Shown here: positions 14,142 through 26,699 of the stretch, one piece after another
Position numbering within the stretch: position 1 is the first letter of the stretch
Layout: each line of letters begins with the position of its first letter
Assembly: GCF_000150275.1 (NCBI RefSeq)
Contig: NW_002060955.1
Coordinates: 474,886 to 538,885, forward strand
Length of the DNA: 64,000 nucleotides
DNA from: Trichoplax adhaerens
Lineage: Eukaryota > Animalia > Placozoa
Reading direction: 5' to 3'
Made by a program: the position numbers and the translations under genes
Notes under the pieces: generated by a model
Seen by the model: only the letters and a program-made list of their open reading frames with translations
Told to the model about the DNA's origin: nothing
Databases searched by the model: none

Positions 14142-14691
14142 TGTAATGTAACTTAGTATTGTGATTGTAGACTGTTAGCCATGTGTAGTATAATGTACGG
14201 TAGATATTTATCCTAAGAGATATTTGGTAGCTGTAACTATAGACTGTAGTGGTAGAGACTCTATGCTAGAGTACAGATGACTATAAACAGTAAGCTGTTG
14301 AGTTACTAATATGGCTATAGGTAAAAATAGAACTGTAAATCATATATTAGGATATGGTTAATTCATCGTACTTTGGCTGGTGTGAATAATGTCTACGTAA
14401 GTACTGTAGTCGTATCCATATTGGATTAATGATGGTCCGCAGTAGAATAGTGTTACTAAGAATAATTTAACTATGTGTAAAATAAGGTAAAAGGTTGCCA
14501 TGCGGATTGTAGCTGCGAATGCTACGGAAAGTATAAAAGCATGCAACTTTAGATTATTCTGTTAGTTCGTTCTAGAAGTTTTTAGAAGTAGTATTCGGCT
14601 AGAGTAGAGCTATGTAGTTAATCTTTGTATAAGATTCAATAAAGCCCTTATTTTTCTAAAATTTGGAATTTCGTGATTGGTATATATCACA
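14142..14691 (+). mobile_element. Solo LTR, family 1 (550 bp)
   Basis: TGTAAT...ATCACA termini; 5-bp TSD AGTGG (14137-14141 / 14692-14696); TATAAAA at 14532; AATAAA at 14638. An empty site with a single AGTGG is at 15378. Confidence 0.88.
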
Positions 14692-14727
14692 AGTGGTAAT
14701 AATCAATAAAACTCCAGTGTAGCCATC

Positions 14728-15218
14728 TGTTACGATGCGTAAGCTCGTCCTAATTATCGAGTAATATTAAATATTGCTTGTATGGATTGACGTTTTATTA
14801 ATTGTCATTTCTTCATATAATCTGTTTAATCTTTGATTAATATGATAATGCACTGTTAGTGCTGTTGACAATTGATTTAATTAATTGATTATATGATTAA
14901 TGACGAGACTATGAAAGGCTGGTGCCTGAAGATCCTTTTTAGTTAGTTAGTCGGTTAGATAGTCAACTAGTTTATCAATTGATATTTAATTCTAAAGACT
15001 ATAATCTTGGGTGCCAAGATTCCTTCAGTAATAAATGATAGTAAATCTCTGACTATCTCGTCTACACTGTCTGTGACGCTAAAATTATACTATAGTATTC
15101 GGTCGTTGGAACTGAATTATTTGGTGATATAGCTAATTTCGCCTCTTTAAGTCAGTAAGTGGCGTTCTCCGCAAGGATTGGCGTGTGTAGACTACTTTGT
15201 CACTAGTGGTGTGTGACA
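14728..15218. mobile_element. LTR-like element, family 2, internally deleted copy (491 bp)
   Basis: TGTTACG...TGTGACA; near-identical to 15414-16087 but about 183 bp shorter; left flank CCATC present, right TSD missing. Confidence 0.8.
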
Positions 15219-15413
15219 ATACTACGTTGCAAAAAATGAAGCAATTGTAGTAGTAATGATCAATAAAGCTCCAGTGTAGCCATCTTAGCGGCAAGCTAAA
15301 GTTATCCTTTTTACCTTAGGTAGTTCTTGGATTTTGTTTAACCCTAAATACTACGTTGCAAAAAATGAAGTAATTGTAGTGGTAATAATCAATATAACTC
15401 CAGTGTAGCCATC

Positions 15414-16087
15414 TGTTACGATGCGTAAGCTCGTCCTAATTATTAAGTAATATTAAATATTGTTTGTGCGGATTGACGTTTTATTAATTATCATTTCTTC
15501 ATATAATCTGTTTAATCTTTGATTAATATAATAATGCACTATTAGTGTTGTTGACAATTGATTTCATTAATTAATTATATGATTAATGTATTAAATTGTC
15601 ATCTTGTGTTTACTAGTTAAGCTCTTTATTAATTTATTAATTTATTATCAGTTCTTGACAATAGAGGTTGTTAATTAATTATCTTATATGAAGTTTTTAA
15701 TGACAATATTCTAATAATTCCTGTTACTTTAAAATGATAGTTTTAATTTACGTGTACCAGGAGTTTCTGACGAGACTATGAAAAGCTAGTGCCTGAAGAT
15801 CCCTTTTTAGTTAGTTAGTCGGTTAGATAGTCAACTAGTTTATCAATTGCTATTGAATTGTAAAGACTATAATCTTGGGTGCCAAGATTTCTTCAGTAAT
15901 AAATAGTAGTAAATCTCTGACTACCTCGTCTACACTATCAGTGACGCTATAATTATACTATAATATTGGGTCGTTGGAACTGAATTATTGGGTGATATAG
16001 CTAATTTCGCCTCTTTAAGTCAGTAAGTGGCGTTCTTCCGCAAGGATTGGCGTGTGTAGACTACTTTGTCACTAGTGTTGTGTGACA
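15414..16087. mobile_element. Solo LTR-like element, family 2 (674 bp)
   Basis: TGTTAC...GTGACA termini; TSD CCATC (15409-15413 / 16088-16092). An empty site gtagCCATCttagcgg is at about 15280. Confidence 0.88.
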
Positions 16088-18237
16088 CCATCTTAGCGGC
16101 AAGCTAAAGTTATCCTTTTTACCTCCTTAGGTAGTTCTTGGATTTTGTGTCCCGTTAGTGATTTGCTCAATTTTAATGACTCAGATTTTGAGTTAGACGA
16201 TTGCGAAGTTAAGGGTTGTAAATCCCAAGCACTACATGACACATTACTGTAACTTATGATCGCTTCGGGAGGTGGGCGTGGCTGAATCACGTTTGTCAAG
16301 AAACTAATTTGAGGTTGTTATTCCTCTTCAAATTGGCCTCAACACTAGAGCTGCTGCCATTTCCATCAGATTTTCTCCAGTTATCCTTGTTGAGAAAGCA
16401 AGCTTCCTTCTATTCTATTCCGTTGAGCTGTCAGCTATCATATAAATTTACACACTCCTATGCAGATACAGACTGTGTATTCTTTCTGAAGATTAAGGGT
16501 GCGTCATAATTGCAGGAAATTACAAGAGATAAATTGAGGCATACGAGTCTCTATTTCGGCTAGTGTAGAGCAAAATCATCTAAAATGGCTACATTATACA
16601 TAAGCGACAAAGACTGGTTTGCTAGCTAGAGTAAAGTGAAATAAGTAAATCGTGTAAACTTACCGAGCAACTACTAGAACTAATTTGCCAAGTAGAAACA
16701 CTAAATCGATTTTATGACATAGGAAGCACAACAGGCGAGAATATTAAAAAAAATCGAATTAAGCTAGTCTAAATTAAGAGTTGTTTACTGCAATATTAGG
16801 ATATTTTTACGAGACGGCCAAACTAGGATTAAAATAGAATTCAACACAGTAAATAGTTGAATAGACATCATACATAGATGGAATTATGTTATAGCGTAGT
16901 AGAAATGAACTTTTATCAAAAATAAACTACATGGTGCTATATGCTGCAATACACACTACATATTCCATGTTCTTCCTATCAACTTCGACACGTTTTCTTC
17001 AGTTATGATACTGCATATCAAAATTTGATTAAATACGATATATAGCCGATATGATCGTTAAAACTGATATTCTATCGAAAAGCCTACGCTTAATGTCTAG
17101 TTCTTATGAAAGCAATCAAGGTCTAGCAGGATCATCAATCTACTGCAATATATTATCATCAGCTCCTTGCAGTGAAAAATTTTTGAGTCACATTTTCCTA
17201 GTTCATCGTCAATGGTTGTTTTTACTTTTTGTTGTTACTTTGCAATCCAGCGTACATAACTTTGACAAGACGGATTATTTATTGCACAATATAACGCTAT
17301 ACTTAATTACCTGTACTCTTTAGCGGAATATGAAAATTTTCATGTTTCGAGTAGAAAAAATACAGATCCATCGCGTAAGCAATAACGCCCAACCAGAACG
17401 GTGTACCGTTTTATTAGCGCACTGTAGAATTGGCAGTGATCATCTAACTAGCTGATAAGTAAAATGATGCCATTGCACATGTTTAGTATGGGCCATTTTA
17501 AGTATTCACAGTAAACAGTAGCTGTGATAAGCACTCGAATTTGATCATCTAGTAAACCGTTAGATAAATGAAATCATGCCATTTTAGATGTATTATTCTC
17601 GCAAAATACGGTAAACATTGCATATATTATTTTAAATATTCAATCGGAATGTAGTGAATGGATTTTATAGTCCTCATACCAGCCACCATCTATAATTACC
17701 CTATTAAGTATAACAAGCTAACCCTACGTCAAAGTAAAAGCTTGCTTTAAATTACAGTAGAACTTTTAACACACATTACTAACGAACTGATATCATAACA
17801 CGATGATAACCAATCGATATCAGTCGTCTAACTGAAGTAGATAATATCGATTTAGGTGGATAAGATGAGTCATTTTAGATGGTTAATCGATAGTGGTGAT
17901 AAGCAATCGGCATCGATCGCTAACCATCGTGCTGATCGGGTAATAGCTTGTAGTACGTGTAATTATGCTGATAAAATAGCGTACTGGGGCAAATAAAAAG
18001 GAGTGTTATTACTGGATAGATGCTAGAACCATCTGATTTCCTTATTATTTCTAATTTTATGGATAATTGTAAAGATTCTATGATAGCAATGCTGTCATAT
18101 TATAGATTAAGTAATTCTTATTTAAAATTGACCATTAAGAATTCATTTATCTCTGTTTCCTTATTACTATACAACTATAATCTTCATGAGAGTCTTTTGC
18201 TTTATCTTATAGATCTCAAATTTGAAGTTACATCATC

Positions 18238-21200
18238 ATGAGTGGGTAAGCCATGCTATTATTTGCAATACTGTGTAATATTTTGTTTTGGATAATCTAT
18301 TGTAATAATCAAGATGTATATGGATATCCTGTAAATTAATGTTTTACCTCATTCTACAGGAAATATAAAGTGGTTATGTTCGATTTCTATGGAGTTTTGT
18401 ACTCGTCATTTTCGCTCACGATGAGTAAGGTGGAGTTAGATCATGGTCTTCCAAAGTAAGTCAATTACATAATGCTTACGGTCTTCATATGAATTAGCAA
18501 TATTCGAAATAAAAACAGAGGCATCACCATAGTAAAATAATGAATTCATTAATGTCTTTACTTTAACGGTTACTCTTGTCATTGGATAATAAATAGTAGA
18601 ATGGTTAACTCTTTGTTATGTTTCACATCATTAATAAATGTTATTTCAATCCAACTGAAAAGAGTTATTAATGCCTCTTGAAAAAAGAAATGATATCCTA
18701 ACTTACAAATTGTATTCTCCATAGTGATTCAATTCTACCACCTCACAAACTCGACATAATAAACTGAAGTAGAAAAAGAATAATTTATCCATTCTCCAAT
18801 TTATTTATAGCATATTTAATTATTCATGATTACAATAAAATCTACACTACTACGGACTTTCTGACACGTTGGCATTCCTAATTTGTTACCTTATATCGTA
18901 TAGGTTTCCTTACTTTGTATTGCTATATCCGTAATACTTGATTCATTCGTCTGTATTAAAACTTAACTATGATTATAGAACATAAATGATCAGAACATAC
19001 TTATAGCTCTTTCTACATTAAACTTGCTAAAATAAAATAAATCCTGCTTTTGCATACGATATCTACAGGAAAATGTAATTGTCATTCAAGAATTGACTTT
19101 AAATTGACTCGATTTTACTAATAATACCTTCTACCTTCATTAATTTTATACACCTACTAGGAATTTTATTCTCGGATTATTCATGCGTGATAGCCCTGAA
19201 AAGCCGTCATCTAGATTAGTCAACGGTCAAATTACTTTTACTGAAGTATGCTTATTTAAACTAGCATATTCCAAATTGAGAATGTATAGCCATGTAATCT
19301 TATGGCAACCTATATCTGATTGAAGTAAATCTAGTGCTTTTGAAGCCTTGTTTGAATTAAATGAAAATTTGATGTTAGATTAATCATTAATTATTACCTT
19401 GTATACTATAGTTCCTTCCCTTATTTGAGAAACAACTTACTGAAGCATCCATCGCTCAAGGTGTCCAACTTCCAGAAAGTTTTCATATTAATGACTTTTT
19501 TGCCGATTGCATTGGTTACTTGAGGCCAAATCAACTTGTATTAGACTCAATCTCTAATTTACAAGAAGCTGGTAAGTCTAATTACAAAGGAAAAATTTCG
19601 AAAATGATCTTTCATAATTATACATAAGGAAGCTACTTCTAATATTAAATCATACGGCATAATATTATCGATTTTCGTGAGGAGCAGGCATATCAAATAC
19701 TAGTTCGTAAAACTATTCTTTTATTCTCTGATCTCCAGGCTATAAAGTATGCTTTCTAGGCAATATTGGTTTGATCGACGGACCAACTGGAAATAAATTT
19801 ACTCGTATGAAAATGTATTTGCGCTTTACATGTGATTACTATTTCGAGAGTTGTCAAGTTGGTATGTCAAGACCTGATCCTAAGTTCTATCAACATGCGC
19901 TTAAGGAGATAAATGTTGAAGCAGACGAGGCAATTTTATATTAATATTACATGACATTTTTTCCATTTTTTAATATCAATTGAACATTACATGCTAGTAT
20001 AGTATCATAATAGCATGTAAATTTTACTGCAAGACATAAAAATGTAAATCATAACTATTATTTGTTTGCTTATTGATAACCACCAGTATTTTCTTCTTAT
20101 AAATATAATATGACATTCAGGTAATTTCAGTTGAATCGATGGAACCATATTGCAAACTTGCAACTAGCCTTGGTATCACAGAAATTGTAGCTGTAGACCA
20201 ACCTACAGTCTTGAAAAAATTGAGCGAGTTAACTGGTATTAACGTGAGTATATTAAAGATACGATAACCTCTGAAAGTACAAATTACTCTCTAAGTAATA
20301 TACCTTTGTTGACTGAATGCCATTTAGTTTAGCAAGTTATCCAGGCCGGTTGCCTGCAACCCAGACAGTGTAACGCACTGTTATTTCACTACAACTGTAA
20401 GTGATATAATAAAATGCTGTAGAATGAAAGATAATTAAGATATCGTTACCTTGATCTAATTCAAAAATTTTTCAAATAATTATCATATGTAATTTTTCTA
20501 AAAGATAATAACTTTAGATAGAAATAAAGTAACTTTCCTTAAAAATGATCTATTAAGCGTTCAACAATCACTTTAGTTCTTTAACTAAATACTACGGAAA
20601 GTTAAATTATTAATTCTTTTCTGTATTTAATTATGAAGACTGGCGTTAAGATTCATTTTGTTGAGAAAGGCAATGGCCCTGCGATTATTTTATGCCATGG
20701 CTTTCCAGAATCTTGGTATTCATGGAGATATCAGGTATGCATCACTAACGAGCAAATACCTGGTATTAAGTAGTATTTTACCGAAAATTGGATAGTTACT
20801 AATGGTTTTGAAAGCTAAATCTGCATTCTCAATACTTATATACCTTTCCATATTTATCATTAAATAATAGATTCCATTTCTTGCAAGGCTTGGATACCGC
20901 GTTATTGCCTTAGATCAACGCGGGTATGGAGAATCTGATCAGCCGCCAAGTGAGGAGAATACCATCTAGTTTGTTATTATTGTCATTTTAGTAATGCTAC
21001 AATTACTGGCGCTTCTATATCACAAAAAATTCTATTTTCTATTAACAGATGTTGAAGATTATACTATGAGAATTATTAACCAGGTAAGACCGCTAGCGCT
21101 TTGATCGCGGCCTTGCAATATATTAAGTTCATACGGGTACATACTCATTCTACATATCTAATCTTTTGCTAAATCGGTGATATATGTATAAAACAGTACC

Positions 21201-24200
21201 TGTAGTGCCTCTATCTACCGTATCAATGAATCATATAATTGATGACTACAGTTAATAGCACAATTAACTACTACCAATATTCTCTTATAGGATGTTATCG
21301 ATTTAATGGATACCTTGGTAAGTTATGATTAAAGATAAATATGCACGACTAGCTTACACTGGCTTCTATGTTCTCAACGCTAAAATGTCGCCATGATTCT
21401 TTTAGAATATTCCACAAGCTGTCCTCATTGGCCATGATTGGGGTAGTTTTGTGGTATGGGATACAGCACTGCATTTTCCTGATCGTATCAAGTAAGCTGG
21501 ACAACATCGGAAATAGGAAGAGTTGTAATTTATGAATTAGCGCAGCAACTTCAGTTGCGTTATTTTTTGGTATAGTTACGGCTAAGTGATTTACGAAAAC
21601 CTTACTAACGCTATTACGCATAAAATTTATATTCTTTTTCCCGTTTTAGAGCTGTTGCAAGCTTGAACGTTGGATACTTCCCACCTCATCCACAGTATAA
21701 TTTTATACAATTACTGCAACCAGATCCAAAACAATATGACTACTTCCTATATTTACAAGATGAGGTATACAATGATAACATAATTAATATTGTACCGCAT
21801 TAAGTAATATTCTTGTTTCAAATAGGGTCCATAGACAGAAATTAAGAGATTGTTTCCATTAGCACTCTATACTATTTTATTTTGTAGTGCGTTCATTGAA
21901 TATGTTATCTGACATTTCTCTTGCTTTACATTGTGTTATTCCCATAACTTTTGCAAATTAGGGAGTTGCTGAAACGGAAATGGAAAAGGATGTTGATCGT
22001 ACACTTCGCTATTTGTACTCAGATACAACACCAAAGGTATACCTCCTATCATCATAAGCTCTATTTATATATAGTATTATATTATGTTCATTATCTATAC
22101 AAATGGTGCTCACTAAGATAGCATCATACTGATACATTTAATAAAATGCTATTTAATCGTATACAAAATGATAGAATACAACAGGTATCAAATTGGAGAC
22201 TTCTAATGTCAGGAAAAGAGGTACCGAAAGTATATGTTATAGTTGATAATCTTGTGGACGTTAATACTATTTACTTTGCCGTGAGAATTGAAGGATAAGC
22301 AATACAATTGTTATTAGTAAATTATAACAATTTTGCTCTTATGATCAATAAAATTATTATCAATAGAGATATAGATAGATCATCACGTACAATGTACCAA
22401 CATATTACTATAAATATCGTAAATAAACGTTAATATTGTATATTTTGCTATGAGAACTTTATGATAAACCTTGCCATCGTTACTTCGTTAGTAATAAATT
22501 ATAACAGTTTAACGTTATAATCCAAAATAGAATTAATAAAGATACTGCAAAATCTCAACATTTAATATTTTAAATGATCGTTTTCATCATTTATTCAATT
22601 TAGGTTACATTATTTAGATGCAAAAGATCACCTTTGTTTAGCTAATCTTACTTTTTTTATTAATAGGTGGATTACTGGCTGGCTTACCGGAGAAATTGCC
22701 CAAGTGTCCTTTCATGAGTGATAAAGAATTTAATTACTATGTGGGGAAATTCAAAAAGCATGGTTTCCAGTAAATAAATAATACTGAAATTATAGCAAAG
22801 AGCTGCAGCTTTTTCGCTATTCTAGCATAATCATAAACGGTGTGATTTAATTGATCATTTCTGTCTTTAGTTACCCGCTAAATTGGTATCGGAATGAACC
22901 AAGAAATTGGAAGTGTTTACGCAGTCTCGAGCGATATATGGTAATATTATATTTTCTCTTTTTACTACTAATAGCGTCTATGCTAATGAAACCATTCAGC
23001 CTATTTTACTATAACATGATTTATAGATTCAGTTTATATCATTATAATATGGAGTACGTTATTATGCCGATTTTCATAGCGTACATTTATCGTCTTAATC
23101 AATTTACGTAGGACTAATACAGATGCCCATGATATTCTAACTGTTGTAGTGATTCCATAAACTGAAGTTTTATAACATATAGGAAATCATTCTTTGAATA
23201 TTTTAACAGATTTACCATTTGAATATCGACTTTTCATCGCTATCGACATCTTGTTAGGGATTTAAAGAATATGCTTTGTTTAATTAACCTATCCCAGACG
23301 ATATACATAAATTTCATAATTATAACAGTAGTAAGCACTCATTTGAAGCGCCTCAAATGGAGTCAAAGATAATTCTATTAGTGAAATATGGTATAATTTA
23401 GAGTCTATTTTATTTTAAACCGTAGCGATACAATAGTTTATTACTGTTTGTCACAATTTCACTTGTGCGACAAGGCAACGTACAGTAAAAGTCTATAAGG
23501 AGCTACTGACTTAAACGCCCTTTTACTTAACGTTAAACACTCGCAGCAAAATACTATAAAGATAAAACTTTTATTAGCAAAGGTACATCTACAAGTTTTT
23601 ACCACGCCACTTCACTCAAATATTTCCGTTTATATAGGAACCGTCTAATTCGTAAACAACAATAGTATTATTATTATTATACCTTACTAGGAGAAATATC
23701 TCGAACTGAGATGTTCCTTACATAGCTTTTCTATCTGTAAATATTTTGAATGTCTTATTCATGCTTAATCTTAATCTAAGTACGTAGGTTGTCTAATCCA
23801 ACTATCATTAACTAAAACTTGAATCATCTTACTGCTATCTATCACACAATAACAATCAATATCAAATACGCAATGAACTATCACAAACAATATCCACGTT
23901 AAGGCATTACTTATCTTACCTAGCACTACAAATATAGATATTCTCCATACTAGCTACTGCTGTACTTATTAAACTATCCTAATGACAAGGCAACACCGTA
24001 ACACTGTTAAATAGCTTATCAAAACTTTGCGGTAAAGTAAAGTAAGAACATTTTTCTCGCTTTATTTAGCACATCATGACTTTTTTTTTGACCGTAAGAG
24101 GTTTTAATATTTTATACCGATAGGTATAACTAACTCTGCATTTGAAATTTTCTGAATATCTTTAGATTTATCAACCTTCATTGATGATTACTGCCGAGTA

Positions 24201-24468
24201 CGATCCTATTTTGCTACCAGAGTTGACCAAAGGGATGGAGCAATATGTACCAAATTTAACACGTGCCAATCTACTGTGTGGCCACTGGACGCAGTCAGAA
24301 TGGTATAATACATTATTCAATTTTATTAAGATATGCAATACTGTTGCTTATATCTTCTTGTAATTGCATTATTTAGTAATTATGCAACGTTCTTTCAATC
24401 GATACTATAGCCCTGCTGAGTTAAATCGTATCCTTTCTAAATGGTTGCCAAAAGTATCAGCTAATTAA
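18238..24468 (+). CDS. EPHX2: Soluble epoxide hydrolase, copy B (tandem paralog), 19 coding exons, 552 aa
   Basis: Exons: 18238-18245, 18360-18455, 19161-19245, 19412-19571, 19739-19929, 20121-20243, 20328-20396, 20639-20734, 20871-20949, 21049-21083, 21291-21317, 21406-21491, 21650-21764, 21962-22036, 22175-22220, 22667-22769, 22871-22940, 24166-24302, 24411-24468. Exon lengths equal copy A, frame open. Motifs HGFPESW, GHDWG, YDY, NWYRN, TAEYD, CGHWTQ. Intron 5 needs a GC donor (19930). Confidence 0.93.
23449..24003 (-). mobile_element. Solo LTR, family 3, in intron 17 of EPHX2 copy B (555 bp)
   Basis: TGTCAC...GTAACA; TSD CTGTT (23444-23448 / 24004-24008); absent from the matching copy A intron (single ctgtt at about 10353); - strand TATATAAA (23636-23629) and AATAAA (23575-23570). 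Confidence 0.9.
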
Positions 24469-24773
24469 TATCACGATTGCCGGACAAATTTCATCTCAAG
24501 CACTTTTTGGAATTTGCAAGCTATGCTATCAACTAATGAATAGGTGGTCGTTTAACAGCTAAAAATTTGAATATCTACCTGTTGGAGGTGCACTAGTTAG
24601 TTGTAACACTAGAATAGAATCAAGAAATAGATTTTTTTTCTAAATTAAACACTTTGTTAGACAAAACTCAGTTCAAGGGCACGGCAATCAATTTTTCATA
24701 GCCAGGCACAACTGCATTGCATTAAAACTAGCTAATGAAGCTATAATTTCGATTAAGTCATTTAAAAGCTGTA

Positions 24774-25268
24774 TGTGACAATTAATTATAGCATCATCAA
24801 TGATATAATTTTGTTGAGTAATGAATCATATGTTAACACCTAGCCATTAATTAACTACTATGAAATGCCATAGAAAGTGTGTTGTGATTCTTGCTATATT
24901 CAGCATGTAGACTTGGCTATAAATTTATTATTGTTTTACACCAACGAAGTTTGTGAGTCTATATAAAAGCCTCAAAGTTCTTAATTGAGGGAGTTGATAA
25001 GTTAGTCGATAACAGACCGTTATCAGCGGTTAGTAGTAGATTGTAAGTTGTGAGTTCAATCGGTCATTTCAATAAATAGCTTTTAGAGTAAAGTTTTGAT
25101 TTTTAGCGTGAGTATTCTATCGTCTAAGACTTGAACCTAAGTTTGGTAGATTAAAGAGTGCTTAGAGTTAGTTGCTTAGATAGTTAAGACTATTTTAGAG
25201 GAAAGAATCCCGTTAATTTTTGTGTTGCAATCTCGGTTGTGACATAATTGGTGGCAGTGATGGGATTC
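24774..25268 (+). mobile_element. 5' LTR (24774-25244) plus tRNA-Leu primer-binding site (25249-25268) of a truncated LTR retrotransposon
   Basis: TGTGACA...TGTGACA; TATATAAAA at about 24960; AATAAA at 25071; then TGGTGGCAGTGATGGGATTC, two transitions away from the complement of the tRNA-Leu 3' end (TGGTGGCAGCGGTGGGATTC). Similarity between copies A and B ends exactly at the LTR start. Confidence 0.82.
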
Positions 25269-26699
25269 ACCGAACGCTATTAGCTAGTGCCGTAGCGAAC
25301 GAAGAAGACAACTTTTTCGTATTGAGTATGCTTCATATGAAATGTAAGGCAATCTTATCAAAGTAATCAATTGGATAGAAAGATTTTAATGAGTTATAAT
25401 TACAAAATATACTCTTAAATAGGGATATTACAAAAATTTATTGATGATATAAATCAATATAAAGAATAATGATAGGAAACGACAGAATTCGTCTTACTTA
25501 CTTCATTTCTATCCTTATGTCAATGTTGATGTTAATAATCGATGTCATAATTTCTTCCCCTGCAGTGACCTATCGCAAGAATTGAATTTATAAATTAACA
25601 TAGTTATGTTAAGGTGAAGTTGGCATTAGCTGAAAATGTTTGAAATCTATATCTACTCGCACAATTGTTTACCCTCTCTTGCATGATCGGCTATCATGAG
25701 TTCCAGCAAATTTGATGTTGTGATGTAAAATTTTAAAGCACGGTTTAATAAGCAAAATCTGAATCGAAATGCAATGCAAGCTTATCCTATCCAGTAAGTA
25801 ATGACTTTTCTACGAGTTAATAACTTCAGCTTCGATATAATTGATGAGCTTTTCCAACTACTGTAGCTCTTATAAAATGGCGAATAAAAACATTTTATAT
25901 TATTTTACTGAATAACTTGGTTGCATCTATTTGGATAAAATATTCATATGGCACGAATTAAAGAATAGATTACTATAGAGACTAAGGTTAACCAACTTGT
26001 CCTGAATCAATATCCAAAACTTTACCCTCGTCTGATTTAGTTGAATTTTATACCGCACATAAAAATGCTTCAACTTTGGCGAGTTTTAGCTTATCCCCGA
26101 ATGTGACACTGGTAGCCTAAACTAGTTGATGACGTGATGAAAACTTCTTCTTTATAAAAAGAATAGATGCCATATAACTTTAAAATAAGCTTCTGTGCAG
26201 CAGTTATTAAATCGGTAGCTGATAGTAATAATAAGTTAAATTATTTTAAAATTTCGCTTCTATAGATTTCGATTTATTTTTAACATACGATTATTACAAT
26301 TGTTCGTTTTTACCGCCAATCTTGCTAGCGTTGCAGTTGATATACGATAAGTTTAAATCAACTTTACACCTATATATCAAAGTATATAACCTGAAAGAAA
26401 GATGAGAAATAGGTAAATCTAAAGCAGAAATATTGATACTAATCTTTCCTGTTAGCCTTGCTGTCTTAATAAATGGTAGATGATGGGATTTGCAGAGTGA
26501 AAAAAATCGAACTTTTGTTTAAATTTTAGCCGATTTAAAGTCGTTATATGTAAATACTTTGGAGTGATGAGTACTCCTGTGCTTTATAAGCTAGCTAAAA
26601 CGGAATGAGACTATGACGTACCAAGGTTATAATCATCACGCATACAAGTGTATGCTTTGCCTATTCCCAGTGCGTCAAAGTAAATAGACAATAAAATAG

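Noticed and set aside
21349-21621. 90-aa - strand ORF, and similarly 32257-32484 and 55401-55583
   Set aside because: Each lies antisense to a real exon (EPHX2-B exon 12, the death domain, the ETS domain).
25249-25268. tRNA-Leu gene fragment on the - strand
   Set aside because: Only the 3' 20 nt including CCA match, directly after an LTR end, so it is a primer-binding site.
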